Shown here piece after piece: positions 19,731 through 29,137 of a DNA stretch of 37,728 nucleotides. Positions within the stretch are counted from its first letter, which is position 1, and each line of letters starts with the position of its first letter. The notes under the pieces are model-generated. The model ran no database searches, had not been told where the DNA came from, and saw only the letters and a list, made by a program, of their open reading frames with translations. Where the stretch lies: positions 1 to 37,728 of the forward strand of contig PDRU01000080.1 of NCBI GenBank assembly GCA_002748225.1, written 5' to 3'. The translations under genes and the position numbers were made by a program. Source of the stretch: Spirochaetales bacterium. Its GTDB lineage: Bacteria > Spirochaetota > Spirochaetia > DSM-2461.

Positions 19731-20471
19731 ATGGACGAAGAAGGACGAAAGAAAAAAGAAAAAGGCGGCGGCGGTGCTGACGACTGGCTGACAACCTACG
19801 CCGACATGGTAACTCTGCTGCTTACCTTCTTTGTTCTGCTCATGAATCCCAGCAACCCTGTCGACAGCCAGCGCATTGAGCTTATAATGCAGGCTTTTCA
19901 GGGACTTGGTCCTCTGAGGGGCGGCAATACACTTTCCGAAGGGCTGCTGCCGGAACTGGGACACGATGTTTCAGCCATGCCTTCTGTTGCCCGCGGAAGC
20001 CGCATGAATATGGCCCGGAAAAAAGCGGTCAGTGAGTTTCAGCCTGAAATCCGCAGCCGTTTTGTTAAAATTAAGGAAGATGAACGCGGACTGGTTATCA
20101 GTCTGGCCGGAGATATTCTTTTCAAGCGGGCCAGCGCGGAAGTTGATCTGGAAAGGGCACGGAATTCCCTGGCTAAAATGGCCAATTTTCTGGGTTCACC
20201 GGAAATTGCCGGACGTAAAATCAGAATAGAAGGGCACACCGATTCCTCGCCGACAGATCCTGAAGGTCCATGGCCCACGAACTGGGAACTCTCTTCGGCC
20301 CGGGCGGCCGCCGTTCTGCACTATCTTGTGGATTACGGTGCTGACGAGTCTAATTTCCAGATTGCCGGATTTGCCGACACAATCCGGCTGGCCGTTCCGG
20401 AACTGACAGAAGAGGACAGGGCGGAGAACCGGAGAGTGGATATTGTTATACTCAAGGAGGCCCATTTATGA
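19731..20471 (+). CDS. motB: Flagellar stator protein MotB
   Basis: WLTTYADMVTLLLTFFVLL carries the conserved Asp. OmpA-like domain motifs IEGHTD, NWELSSARA and NRRVDI. Confidence 0.97.
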   Translation: MDEEGRKKKEKGGGGADDWLTTYADMVTLLLTFFVLLMNPSNPVDSQRIELIMQAFQGLGPLRGGNTLSEGLLPELGHDVSAMPSVARGSRMNMARKKAVSEFQPEIRSRFVKIKEDERGLVISLAGDILFKRASAEVDLERARNSLAKMANFLGSPEIAGRKIRIEGHTDSSPTDPEGPWPTNWELSSARAAAVLHYLVDYGADESNFQIAGFADTIRLAVPELTEEDRAENRRVDIVILKEAHL

Positions 20472-20507
20472 TGTTTTTGAAGGGGGCTGGTGTCCTTAAA
20501 TGTTTTA

Positions 20508-20516
20508 TGGTAATAT
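20508..20516 (+). promoter_or_regulatory. Possible extended -10 sigma-70 promoter element upstream of fliL
   Basis: TGG-TAATAT in an AT-rich 75-nt gap of a GC-rich operon; no convincing -35. Confidence 0.3.
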
Positions 20517-20546
20517 TTTTAAGACATCCAGGGAGGGTGATGTCCT

Positions 20547-21113
20547 ATGTCCGATGAAGATCTTGATATTGCCAACGCAATAGATGCGGATGCGGCTGCA
20601 AATTTAGAGGAGCCCAAAAAACGTAAACTGTTCTCTGACCGTCTTGCGCGTATCCTTATGTTTGTTGCCATAGGAATATTCGCGCTTCTTATCAGTGTTA
20701 CTGTCAGTTATTTTACCTACAGGTTTATGGACAGGGGTAACCGTTCACGTCAGTTCCCCATGCTCTCCAAGGAATATCAGACAGAAGTGCCGGAGTACGC
20801 GGTTTGGAATTTTCTGGCTGATGAAGGTTACGATCTTCGCACCCAGACAGCCGACCCTGAACCCTACACTGTTTCTGCCAGAATTAAACTGGGATACAAC
20901 CCGGAGCTGTACAAGGATCTCTCCGGAGAACTGACTAACAAAAACGATGCCATTATCGACGCGATACGTTCGTATTTCAGCCGGAGAAACCGCTCCCAGC
21001 TGGATGATGAACGGGCGGTCAAAGCGGAGCTGCAGAGCAGAATCAACAGTCTGCTTTCCAAGGGGGAAGTGGAACAGGTATGGTTCCTTCAGTATCAGAT
21101 TATCGGTCTTTAA
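20547..21113 (+). CDS. fliL: Flagellar basal body-associated protein FliL
   Basis: Single N-terminal TM and C-terminal IRSYFS...KAELQSRINSLLSKGEVEQVWF; lies between motB and fliM. Confidence 0.88.
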   Translation: MSDEDLDIANAIDADAAANLEEPKKRKLFSDRLARILMFVAIGIFALLISVTVSYFTYRFMDRGNRSRQFPMLSKEYQTEVPEYAVWNFLADEGYDLRTQTADPEPYTVSARIKLGYNPELYKDLSGELTNKNDAIIDAIRSYFSRRNRSQLDDERAVKAELQSRINSLLSKGEVEQVWFLQYQIIGL

Positions 21114-21126
21114 CAGGGAGTAAAAC

Positions 21127-22155
21127 GTGACGGAAGTCCTCTCGCAGGATGAAATTGATCAGCTTCTTACAGCCATCAGTTCCGGCGATACCGAAACAGA
21201 AGATACAAGGCAGGTTGCGGAGCGGAAGAATATCCGTATATGGGACTTCCGCCGTCCGGACAAGTTTTCCAAGGAACAGATCCGAACTGTATCCTTTATG
21301 CATGAAACCTTTGCCCGTTTAACTACTACCAGCCTGGCTACTCAGCTGCGCTCCCTTGTTCATGTGCATGTGGCCTCTGTAGACCAGCTGACATACGAGG
21401 AATTCCTCCGCTCCATTCCGTCGCCTACCGCCCTGGCTGTTATTAACATGGATCCGCTGACCGGTTCCGCCATGCTGGAAATTGATCCGGCTATTACATT
21501 TACCATTATTGACCGTCTCTTCGGCGGTCCGGGTGAAGGTTCCAAGATAAACCGGGAACTGTCCGAAATTGAGCGGGCGGTAATGGAATCCATTATTGTC
21601 CGCATACTCGGCAACATGCGGGAGGCCTGGAGCCAGGTTATTGATCTGCGTCCGCGGCTGGGACAGATAGAAACCAATCCCCAGTTTGTTCAGATAGTGC
21701 CGCCTACTGAAATGGTGGTGCTTGTTACCCTGGAAACCAAAGTGGAAGAAGTTGAGGGAATGATGAACTTCTGCATTCCCTATCTCACTATAGAACCCAT
21801 TATTTCAAAACTTTCGGCGCAGTACTGGTACTCTTCGGTGCGGCGCGGAACAACAACAGAAAACCTGAACGTTCTCAGGGAAAGGCTGGCTGCCATTAAA
21901 GTACCGCTGGTAGCTGAAGTTGGCAGTATTACCCTGGCCATGAAAGACGTTATGTCTCTTCAGCCGGGCAATGTTATCCGGCTGTCCAACACCCGCGTTG
22001 GCGACCCCATGGTTCTGAAACTGGGAAACCGTCCCAAATTTGAGTGCCGGCCGGGTGTTGTGGGGCAGAAACTTTCCGTGCAGGTTACGCGCAAAATTGA
22101 GGATATTGAGGAAGATGAGTTTGAAGAACTTGCTTCCGGAGGAGACGAAGAATGA
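21127..22155 (+). CDS. fliM: Flagellar motor switch protein FliM
   Basis: CheY-binding LSQDEIDQLL, DFRRPDKFSKEQIRT, DRLFGG and a C-terminal SPOA domain. Confidence 0.98.
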   Translation: MTEVLSQDEIDQLLTAISSGDTETEDTRQVAERKNIRIWDFRRPDKFSKEQIRTVSFMHETFARLTTTSLATQLRSLVHVHVASVDQLTYEEFLRSIPSPTALAVINMDPLTGSAMLEIDPAITFTIIDRLFGGPGEGSKINRELSEIERAVMESIIVRILGNMREAWSQVIDLRPRLGQIETNPQFVQIVPPTEMVVLVTLETKVEEVEGMMNFCIPYLTIEPIISKLSAQYWYSSVRRGTTTENLNVLRERLAAIKVPLVAEVGSITLAMKDVMSLQPGNVIRLSNTRVGDPMVLKLGNRPKFECRPGVVGQKLSVQVTRKIEDIEEDEFEELASGGDEE

Positions 22156-23279
22156 GTGACGGCTCTCTTTCCCAGGATGAAATTGATGCATTGCTGATGG
22201 GTGACGCCCCTTCGGAAACACCTGCCGCGGCTCCTGCTGCCGGCGGCCCCGGTCTGCTCAGTGAATCTGAAAAAAATGCCGTGCTGGGTTTGTTCGGTGA
22301 AGTTACCGGCTCTCAGAGTGCTACCCTGTCCGGTATAATGGTAAAAAGCGTTACGGTAGGCGCTCCCCGCCTGGAAACCCCGGACCGTGAAGCCTTTCTT
22401 GCCCAGCTCCCGGATGAAGTTGTTGAAATTAAAATTGACTACAGCAGCGGACTGGCCGGAAGCCATCTCTACGTTCTGACCGGAACAGACGCGCTGAAAA
22501 TAGCCGCGCCCATGATAGGCCAGAACGATCTGGAACTGGACGGCACGGCAATCAGTGCTGTCAGCGAGGCCATGAGCCAAATTACCGGAGCGTCTGTTTC
22601 TACTGTCGGGGATAAAATTAAAGAAACAATTCTTACCGATTCCCCTGAAGGACAGAGTGTTCCAAAGGCCATGCTCGGCCTGCCTTCCGACCCCTTTGCG
22701 TGTATTGGCTACGATCTTCAGATTGAAGGTCAGGGCAGCCTGAAACTTTATGAAATTTTTGATTTGGAGATGATCCGGGAACTGGCCGGAAAACTGGGTG
22801 TAACACCTTCTGCAGTTCAATCTCCCCCCGCAGGCGATCCCATGGCCTCCATGATGGGCGGAGCGCCCGCGGCTGCCATGGGCGGCGGTATGCCGGGTGT
22901 TATGGGCGGCGGTATGGCTGCTCAGCCTGGAATGATGGGCGGTACTTTCGGCAGTCAGGGGCCCCTGAACGTTCAGGGTGTTCAGCTGCCTGAGCTCAAT
23001 CCCACCATGAGTGCCGGTGAACAGAGAAACATCGGGCTTTTAATGGACGTTTCCATGGAGCTGACCGTTGAGCTTGGACGCACCAAATGGAAAATTAAAG
23101 ACATACTGGGTATGGGAGAAGGCACCATTATTGAGCTTGATAAACTGGCCGGTGAACCGGTGGATATACTGGTCAACAACAATCTTATTGCCCGCGGTGA
23201 AGTTGTGGTTATCGACGAAAACTTCGGCGTCCGTGTTACGGAAATTGTATCAACCATGGACAGGATGACAGACCGATGA
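22152..23279 (+). CDS. fliY: Flagellar motor switch protein FliY (CheC-like domain fused to FliN)
   Basis: N-terminal LSQDEIDALL, CheC-like middle domain, G/M-rich linker, and C-terminal FliN domain (LLMDVSMELTVELGRT...ARGEVVVIDENFGVRV). Confidence 0.92.
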   Translation: MSDGSLSQDEIDALLMGDAPSETPAAAPAAGGPGLLSESEKNAVLGLFGEVTGSQSATLSGIMVKSVTVGAPRLETPDREAFLAQLPDEVVEIKIDYSSGLAGSHLYVLTGTDALKIAAPMIGQNDLELDGTAISAVSEAMSQITGASVSTVGDKIKETILTDSPEGQSVPKAMLGLPSDPFACIGYDLQIEGQGSLKLYEIFDLEMIRELAGKLGVTPSAVQSPPAGDPMASMMGGAPAAAMGGGMPGVMGGGMAAQPGMMGGTFGSQGPLNVQGVQLPELNPTMSAGEQRNIGLLMDVSMELTVELGRTKWKIKDILGMGEGTIIELDKLAGEPVDILVNNNLIARGEVVVIDENFGVRVTEIVSTMDRMTDR

Positions 23280-23292
23280 TGTAAAACAGCTG

Positions 23293-23324
23293 CGGTATAA
23301 ACCGGGGGAAGCGGTTTATATCCG
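23293..23324 (+). other. Intercistronic stem-loop between fliY and fliO
   Basis: TATAAACCG-GGGGAAG-CGGTTTATA forms a perfect 9-bp stem (23296-23304 with 23312-23320), extendable by CGG/CCG. No U-tract follows. Confidence 0.55.
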
Positions 23325-23344
23325 GTCCAAATGGGAGGGGACAT

Positions 23345-23974
23345 CTGAAACGAACGGCTTTTATATCCGTTTTTCTTATGCTCACGTTAAGCGTTTTGAG
23401 CGCTGCGGGCGGGGAAACGGCGCAGCAGACACGTCCTGCTGAAACCGAACTCTTAATAGGTGAACCAAATTCGGAGAACGCCGCCGGTTCCGCCCGGGGC
23501 GAGCCGCCTGCGCAGAATCTTCCGGGTGTTGGTTTTGGTGATTTTCTGCGCATGATTCTGGTTCTGGGATTCGTTATAGCCCTTATTTACGGGTTTGTGT
23601 GGCTGCTGCGCCGTTTTTCCGGTCAGAAAGGTGAAATGGAAGATGTTATTAACCTTGTTTCTACCCGTCCGCTGAAAGGCGATGCCGCGCTGCATCTGGT
23701 TGAGCTCGGCAGCAAAATGTTTCTGGTGGGCAGCAGCAGTACGGGTGTGAATCTTCTTTCTGAAATTACCGATGAAGACACCATTAATCAAATTAAACTC
23801 TCACTTTCCCAGGCCGCGGTTCCTGCTGCTGGGGGCTTTGGACGCATGCTCCGTGAACGCTTCGGCAAAACAGTAAATACTGCTCCGTCTCCTTCAGCCG
23901 CCGCGGAAGAAGAGCAGGAAGATAATCTTTCCGGGTTTCTCAGATCCCAAAGGGAGCGGCTGACACGCTTATGA
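23345..23974 (+). CDS. fliO: Flagellar biogenesis protein FliO (spirochaete FliZ)
   Basis: Signal-like N-terminus, TM (MILVLGFVIALIYGFVWLL) and FliO motif LHLVELGSKMFLVGSS; precedes fliP. The start is either CTG 23345 (strong SD) or ATG 23378. Confidence 0.85.
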   Translation: MKRTAFISVFLMLTLSVLSAAGGETAQQTRPAETELLIGEPNSENAAGSARGEPPAQNLPGVGFGDFLRMILVLGFVIALIYGFVWLLRRFSGQKGEMEDVINLVSTRPLKGDAALHLVELGSKMFLVGSSSTGVNLLSEITDEDTINQIKLSLSQAAVPAAGGFGRMLRERFGKTVNTAPSPSAAAEEEQEDNLSGFLRSQRERLTRL

Positions 23975-24792
23975 AACTTTCTGCCGGAAAAATACTATTC
24001 AGCCTTATACTGCTTTCTTTGCTGTTCATACCCGCTCATAATGCTTTTGCCCAGGCTGCCGATGCGTCTCCGGGTGCGGGAGGGCAGGGACTGGGTGCAG
24101 GGCCCTCACTGCCTGTACCTTTTGTGGATCTGAATATCCGCGGTCCTGAAAGCAACAAGGAAACAGCACTCTCCATACAGCTTCTTCTGCTGCTGACCAT
24201 TATCAGTCTTTCTCCGTCCCTGGCTGTACTTCTGACCAGTTTCCTGCGTATTTCCATTGTTCTTGATTTTGTTAAACGCGCTTTATCACTTCAGCAGGTA
24301 CCGCCGAACACAGTGTTAATGGGTATAGCGCTTTTCCTTACCCTGTTTATTATGTTTCCCACATTTAATGAAATGTACGAGGAAGCCTTTGTTCCCTATT
24401 CGCAGGGAGAAATTGATACTTCGGAACTCTATCAGAGATCAAGCGCGCCTCTGCGTTATTTCATGTACAAACAGATGGCCGGTGATTCAAAAAACATTAC
24501 GCTGTTTATGAACCTGTCCGGACTGCCTAAACCCAATACCATTGCCGACGTACCCAACTATGTTCTGGTGCCGGCTTTTGTTCTTCATGAACTGACCGTT
24601 GCGTTCCGCATAGGAATATATCTGTATGTTCCCTTTATTATTATCGATATGGTTGTGGCTTCGGTTTTGATGTCCATGGGTATGATCATGCTGCCGCCGG
24701 TTATGATCTCCATGCCGTTTAAACTGATACTGTTTGTGCTTGTGGACGGGTGGTCTCTTTTAATCCGTCAGGTAGTGGCCAGCTTCAGCTGA
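23971..24792 (+). CDS. fliP: Flagellar export gate protein FliP
   Basis: Motifs TSFLRISIVL, QVPPN and PFIIIDMVVASVLMSMGMIMLPPVMISMPFKLILFVLVDGW. Confidence 0.98.
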   Translation: MKLSAGKILFSLILLSLLFIPAHNAFAQAADASPGAGGQGLGAGPSLPVPFVDLNIRGPESNKETALSIQLLLLLTIISLSPSLAVLLTSFLRISIVLDFVKRALSLQQVPPNTVLMGIALFLTLFIMFPTFNEMYEEAFVPYSQGEIDTSELYQRSSAPLRYFMYKQMAGDSKNITLFMNLSGLPKPNTIADVPNYVLVPAFVLHELTVAFRIGIYLYVPFIIIDMVVASVLMSMGMIMLPPVMISMPFKLILFVLVDGWSLLIRQVVASFS

Positions 24793-24808
24793 GAAGGAGA
24801 GTAGTGAT

Positions 24809-25078
24809 ATGGATGTAGGAAATGTGGTGGAGCTTATGAGGGCCGCCGTTGTAACCATATTAACTGTTGCTGCTCCGGTTCTTCTGGTGGCTATGGCTGT
24901 GGGGCTGATTGTTTCCATTATACAGGCTACTACCAGTATTCAGGATCAGACGCTTACCTTCGTTCCGAAAATTCTGGCTATTCTGGGTGTTATAGCGGCT
25001 TTGTTCGGCTGGATGGTTGCCCGTCTGTCCAATTTCACGGTCATTATTTTTGAACGTATTCCGGATTTGGCGAAGTAG
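24809..25078 (+). CDS. fliQ: Flagellar export gate protein FliQ
   Basis: 89 aa with VGLIVSIIQATTSIQDQTLTFVPK. Confidence 0.98.
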   Translation: MDVGNVVELMRAAVVTILTVAAPVLLVAMAVGLIVSIIQATTSIQDQTLTFVPKILAILGVIAALFGWMVARLSNFTVIIFERIPDLAK

Positions 25079-25091
25079 AGGCTTGCAGGTT

Positions 25092-25886
25092 ATGGATTGG
25101 AGTGTTCTGTTAGACAACGCACGGCTTTTTCTGCTTGTGTTTGCGCGGGTGGCCGCTCTTCTGAGAGTGGCGCCTGTAACGTCTTCCAGCGCCATACCTC
25201 CCCTTGCCCGGGGGGCTCTTGCCTTCTTTGCGGCCGTGGTTTTGTTTAATTTTGCCGGGAATGTGTACGGCCCCCTTCCTGAAACAGCTCTGGGTTTTGC
25301 CGCGGTTGTCATAGCTGAAATTCTTCTGGGTATAATAATGGGGCTGTTTTTACAGATAGTTTTTGCGGTTTTTCAGACGGCCGGCCAGCTTTTTTCCTTT
25401 CAAATGGGTTTTGGCGCGTCTCAGGTTTACGACCCGCTGGCGCAGGTGGAAATTCCTCTTATCGGCCAGTTTCTGAATCTTATCGGGCTGGCGGTGTTTT
25501 TGTCTGTTTCGGGAATGCAGAAGATGTTTTTTTCCGGACTGGCCACTTCCTTCAGGGTTCTTAAGGGAACAGACTTTCTTGCCGCATCAGATTATCTGAA
25601 TGAAACATTTATTACAGCAATAGGCGGTTTGTTCGGGCAGTCTCTTATACTGGCTTTTCCCATTCTGGGTACCCTGATGCTTGTTTCGGTTACTATGGGA
25701 CTTCTGGCCAAGGCGGCGCCCCAGATGAATCTGCTGATGGTTGGATTCCCCATACAGATAGGCGTGGGTTTTATTGTGCTTCTTATTTCGGCTCCCTTTC
25801 TGGCTGAAAAAATGTCGAGTATTATCGATATGAGCTTTAACTGGATGCAGCAGTATTTTCTGGCCACGAAGGAGGCGCTTCCGTGA
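25092..25886 (+). CDS. fliR: Flagellar export gate protein FliR
   Basis: Start at ATG 25092. Polytopic membrane protein with AGQLFSFQMGFG, YDP and KAAPQMNLLMVGFP. Confidence 0.95.
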   Translation: MDWSVLLDNARLFLLVFARVAALLRVAPVTSSSAIPPLARGALAFFAAVVLFNFAGNVYGPLPETALGFAAVVIAEILLGIIMGLFLQIVFAVFQTAGQLFSFQMGFGASQVYDPLAQVEIPLIGQFLNLIGLAVFLSVSGMQKMFFSGLATSFRVLKGTDFLAASDYLNETFITAIGGLFGQSLILAFPILGTLMLVSVTMGLLAKAAPQMNLLMVGFPIQIGVGFIVLLISAPFLAEKMSSIIDMSFNWMQQYFLATKEALP

Positions 25887-27019
25887 GTGAACTCAAGCGC
25901 TTTCAGTTAATACCTCTTTCGGAAGACAAACGTTTCGGTTTTCATCTGCAGTGGTTCGCGCCGGAAGATGAAGGCCGGACGGAAGATCCCACCGAGCGCA
26001 AAATCCGCAAGGCAAGGGAAGAAGGCAAGGTTGCCAAATCAGCCGATATTACCGCCGCACTGGTTATGCTTTTCGGTCTTATATCCATTCTGGTTCTTTC
26101 CCGCTCCATTCTGCGGATCAGTATGGACATGTTCCGTCATTTTATTGCCATGGCCGGCCCGGAAAGCCGTCATTCCGCCTCTGTGCTTGTGTCGGTTGGA
26201 CAGTACCTGATGCGTCTGTCTCTGCCGGTAATGGCGGTTTGTTTTATAGCGGCATTTGCCGGAAATATTATACAGGTAGGCTTTCTGTTCTCAACAAAAC
26301 CCATAACTCCCGATTTCAGTAAAATTGCTCCGAACTTCGGGCGCTGGGCTCAGAAATCATTTTTTTCCATGGAAGCTGTTTTTAACCTGTTCAAGTCCAT
26401 AGCCAAAGTTGCCATTATTGCCGTGCTGGCGTATCTGAATATCCGCGGAGCTTTACCCAGGCTGACGAATACCGTTAAACTCAGCCCGTATAACGCGCTC
26501 AGCCTTGTGGGAGGAATTGCCATAAGACTGATGCTGGAAACGGCGGTTCTTCTTCTGGCCTTTGCCGTTCCTGATTACTTTTTTCAGCGTTATCAGCACA
26601 GGCAGTCGCTGAAAATGTCCAAACATGAAATTAAGGAAGAATTCAAGGAAACAGAAGGCGATCCCCTGATGAAGAGCCGGCTGCGTCAGAGAATGCAGGA
26701 AATACTGGCCTCATCAATGGCCCGGCAGGTTCCCGAAGCGGATGTGGTTATTACCAACCCGACCCATTTTGCCATAGCCCTGAAGTGGGAAAGCCGGACA
26801 ATGACCGCCCCGACAGTAACGGCCAAGGGTCAGGATCACATGGCCATGAGAATTAAGGAAATTGCCCGGGAAAATAACGTTCCCATGGTTGAAAACAGGC
26901 CTCTTGCCAGAGCTTTGTACGCCAATGTGGAACTGGGCGATGAAATACCCGAAGAGTACTGGGACATTGTTTCCACTGTTCTGGCGGAAGTGTACCGTCT
27001 GAATGGAAAGGCCGTGTAA
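25883..27019 (+). CDS. flhB: Flagellar export protein FlhB
   Basis: Motifs RTEDPTERKIRKAREEG, KMSKHEIKEEFKETEGDP and the autocleavage site NPTH. Confidence 0.98.
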   Translation: MSELKRFQLIPLSEDKRFGFHLQWFAPEDEGRTEDPTERKIRKAREEGKVAKSADITAALVMLFGLISILVLSRSILRISMDMFRHFIAMAGPESRHSASVLVSVGQYLMRLSLPVMAVCFIAAFAGNIIQVGFLFSTKPITPDFSKIAPNFGRWAQKSFFSMEAVFNLFKSIAKVAIIAVLAYLNIRGALPRLTNTVKLSPYNALSLVGGIAIRLMLETAVLLLAFAVPDYFFQRYQHRQSLKMSKHEIKEEFKETEGDPLMKSRLRQRMQEILASSMARQVPEADVVITNPTHFAIALKWESRTMTAPTVTAKGQDHMAMRIKEIARENNVPMVENRPLARALYANVELGDEIPEEYWDIVSTVLAEVYRLNGKAV

Positions 27020-27031
27020 TGTGGAGGTGTT

Positions 27032-29137
27032 ATGGCTGATCCGGCATTAAACAGTTCATCTTTCCGCAGTATTCTTTCCGGTGTTTTCGGCAGAAAGGGC
27101 GGCGATGTCGTTATAGCGCTGGGCGTTCTGATTATCGTTATGATGCTCATTATTCCTCTGCCTCCGGTGCTGCTGGATCTGCTCATGACGGTGAATCTTC
27201 TGCTGTCGCTGCTTATTATTCTGCTGGTTCTCTACAATTCCGATCCTCTGGAATTTTCCCTGTTCCCGACGGTGCTTCTTATTTCAACAGTATTCGGTCT
27301 GGCTTTGAATGTTTCTTCTACCCGGCTGATACTCAGAGACGGAGCCAATTTCAGCGGAGCTATTGTGCGGGCATTTGCCACTTTTGTTGTCGGGGCAAAG
27401 GGACAGCAGGGTCTTGTTATTGGGTTTATTATATTCATTATTCTTGTTGCTGTGCAGTTCATGGTTATAACCAAAGGCGCTACCCGTGTTTCGGAAGTTG
27501 CCGCGCGTTTTGCCCTGGATGGTCTGCCGGCCAAGCAAATGGCAATTGACAGCGAACTGAGTTCCGGAGCCATTACGGAAGAAGAATCCAGAATACGTAA
27601 AAAACACCTGGACGACTCTGTTAACTTCTACGGTTCCATGGACGGTGCAACAAAGTTTATCAGCGGTACTGTAAAGGTCAGTATTGTTATAACACTTATT
27701 AACATAGTGGGCGGTATTATTGTCGGCACAACCATACATGGCGAGGCTCTGCAGGACGCTTTAATAACTTATGTTTCCCTGACAATAGGCGACGGTCTTG
27801 TTGCCCAGGTTCCGACCCTGCTTGTTTCGGTGGCTACCGGTCTTATAGTAACCCGCGCGGCTAATGAAGGAAGCTTCAGCCAGGATGCTCACGAACAGTT
27901 TGCCAGACAGTCTCAAATTTATTTTGTGGCCGCCGGATTTTTGGCCCTGATGGGAATTCTTCCGGGGTTTCCCTGGTATCTTATGTTTCCCCTGGCGGCG
28001 CTGACCGGATGGGTGGGGTTCCGCCTCTCACGTAAAACAGCTGAAAAACTGGAGGCTCAGGAAGCTGAAGCCGGCGCGGCTCCGGGAGAACCTCAGGAAA
28101 TATCCCCGGTTGTTCCGCTGGATCCCATTTCGCTGGAGCTGGGTTTTGGTCTTATACCACTGGTAGACAAGGACCAGGGAGCCGAACTGCTGGAGCGGGT
28201 TACCCGCATCCGTAAAGAGGCGGCTCTGGATCTGGGGCTTGTTGTTCCGCGTATCCGAATTATGGATAACATGCGCCTGGAACCTTCCGAGTATGCCTTT
28301 AAGCTCCGCGGCACGGAAGTGGGCAGAGGCACCATCCGCATGGGACATTTTATGGCTATTAATCCCGGAGGCGAACGGGAAACCCTGGAAGGTGAACCCA
28401 CTTCCGACCCCGCTTTTGGCCTGCCTGCTACATGGATTGTTGAAGATTCACGGGAAAAAGCGGAACGTGCCGGGTACACAGTGGTTGACGGCCCTTCAAT
28501 AATAGCCACGCATCTGACAGAAATACTCAAGCATCATGCCGATGAAATTCTGGGACGTCAGGAAATCCGCTCAATGCTGGATGTTCTTAAAGAAGATTAT
28601 CCGGCCGTTGTTGATGAGGTTACCAAGGCCTTTACTCTGGGTGAAATCCAGAAAATTCTGCAGGGACTTCTCTCCGAGCAGGTGAGTATCCGAAACCTGG
28701 TTGCCATTCTTGAAACAATTGGTGATTTTGCCTCTGTTTCAAAAGATACCGGCTTTTTGGTGGAAAAAACACGTCAGTCCTTAAGACGCCAGATATGTCT
28801 TCAGTATGCTGATGAAAATAAAAAGATCAGCGTGCTGACCATTGAGCCCTCTGTTGAGAAAACCATTATTGATTCCCGTACTGAAACCATAAGCGGTGAC
28901 ATGGCTGCACTGGAACCGAAGTTCCACAGAGCCTGGATAAACGCTGTTGCCAATTCGGTAAAGACAGCCCGTGACAGCGGAGCGTGGCCTGTAATTCTGT
29001 GCAGTGAGTCCGCCCGTCCCCTGGTACGTTCTACAACTGTCCGTGAAATGCCGGATCTGGTAGTGCTTTCAGTACCTGAAATAGCAGAGGGAATCAGCAT
29101 TGATGCTATTGGTGAAATTCGCATGGGAGAAACTTGA
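27032..29137 (+). CDS. flhA: Flagellar export protein FlhA
   Basis: 701 aa with FPTVLL, ITKGATRVSEVAARFALD, FYGSMDGA, TIGDGLVAQ and a large cytoplasmic domain. Confidence 0.98.
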   Translation: MADPALNSSSFRSILSGVFGRKGGDVVIALGVLIIVMMLIIPLPPVLLDLLMTVNLLLSLLIILLVLYNSDPLEFSLFPTVLLISTVFGLALNVSSTRLILRDGANFSGAIVRAFATFVVGAKGQQGLVIGFIIFIILVAVQFMVITKGATRVSEVAARFALDGLPAKQMAIDSELSSGAITEEESRIRKKHLDDSVNFYGSMDGATKFISGTVKVSIVITLINIVGGIIVGTTIHGEALQDALITYVSLTIGDGLVAQVPTLLVSVATGLIVTRAANEGSFSQDAHEQFARQSQIYFVAAGFLALMGILPGFPWYLMFPLAALTGWVGFRLSRKTAEKLEAQEAEAGAAPGEPQEISPVVPLDPISLELGFGLIPLVDKDQGAELLERVTRIRKEAALDLGLVVPRIRIMDNMRLEPSEYAFKLRGTEVGRGTIRMGHFMAINPGGERETLEGEPTSDPAFGLPATWIVEDSREKAERAGYTVVDGPSIIATHLTEILKHHADEILGRQEIRSMLDVLKEDYPAVVDEVTKAFTLGEIQKILQGLLSEQVSIRNLVAILETIGDFASVSKDTGFLVEKTRQSLRRQICLQYADENKKISVLTIEPSVEKTIIDSRTETISGDMAALEPKFHRAWINAVANSVKTARDSGAWPVILCSESARPLVRSTTVREMPDLVVLSVPEIAEGISIDAIGEIRMGET

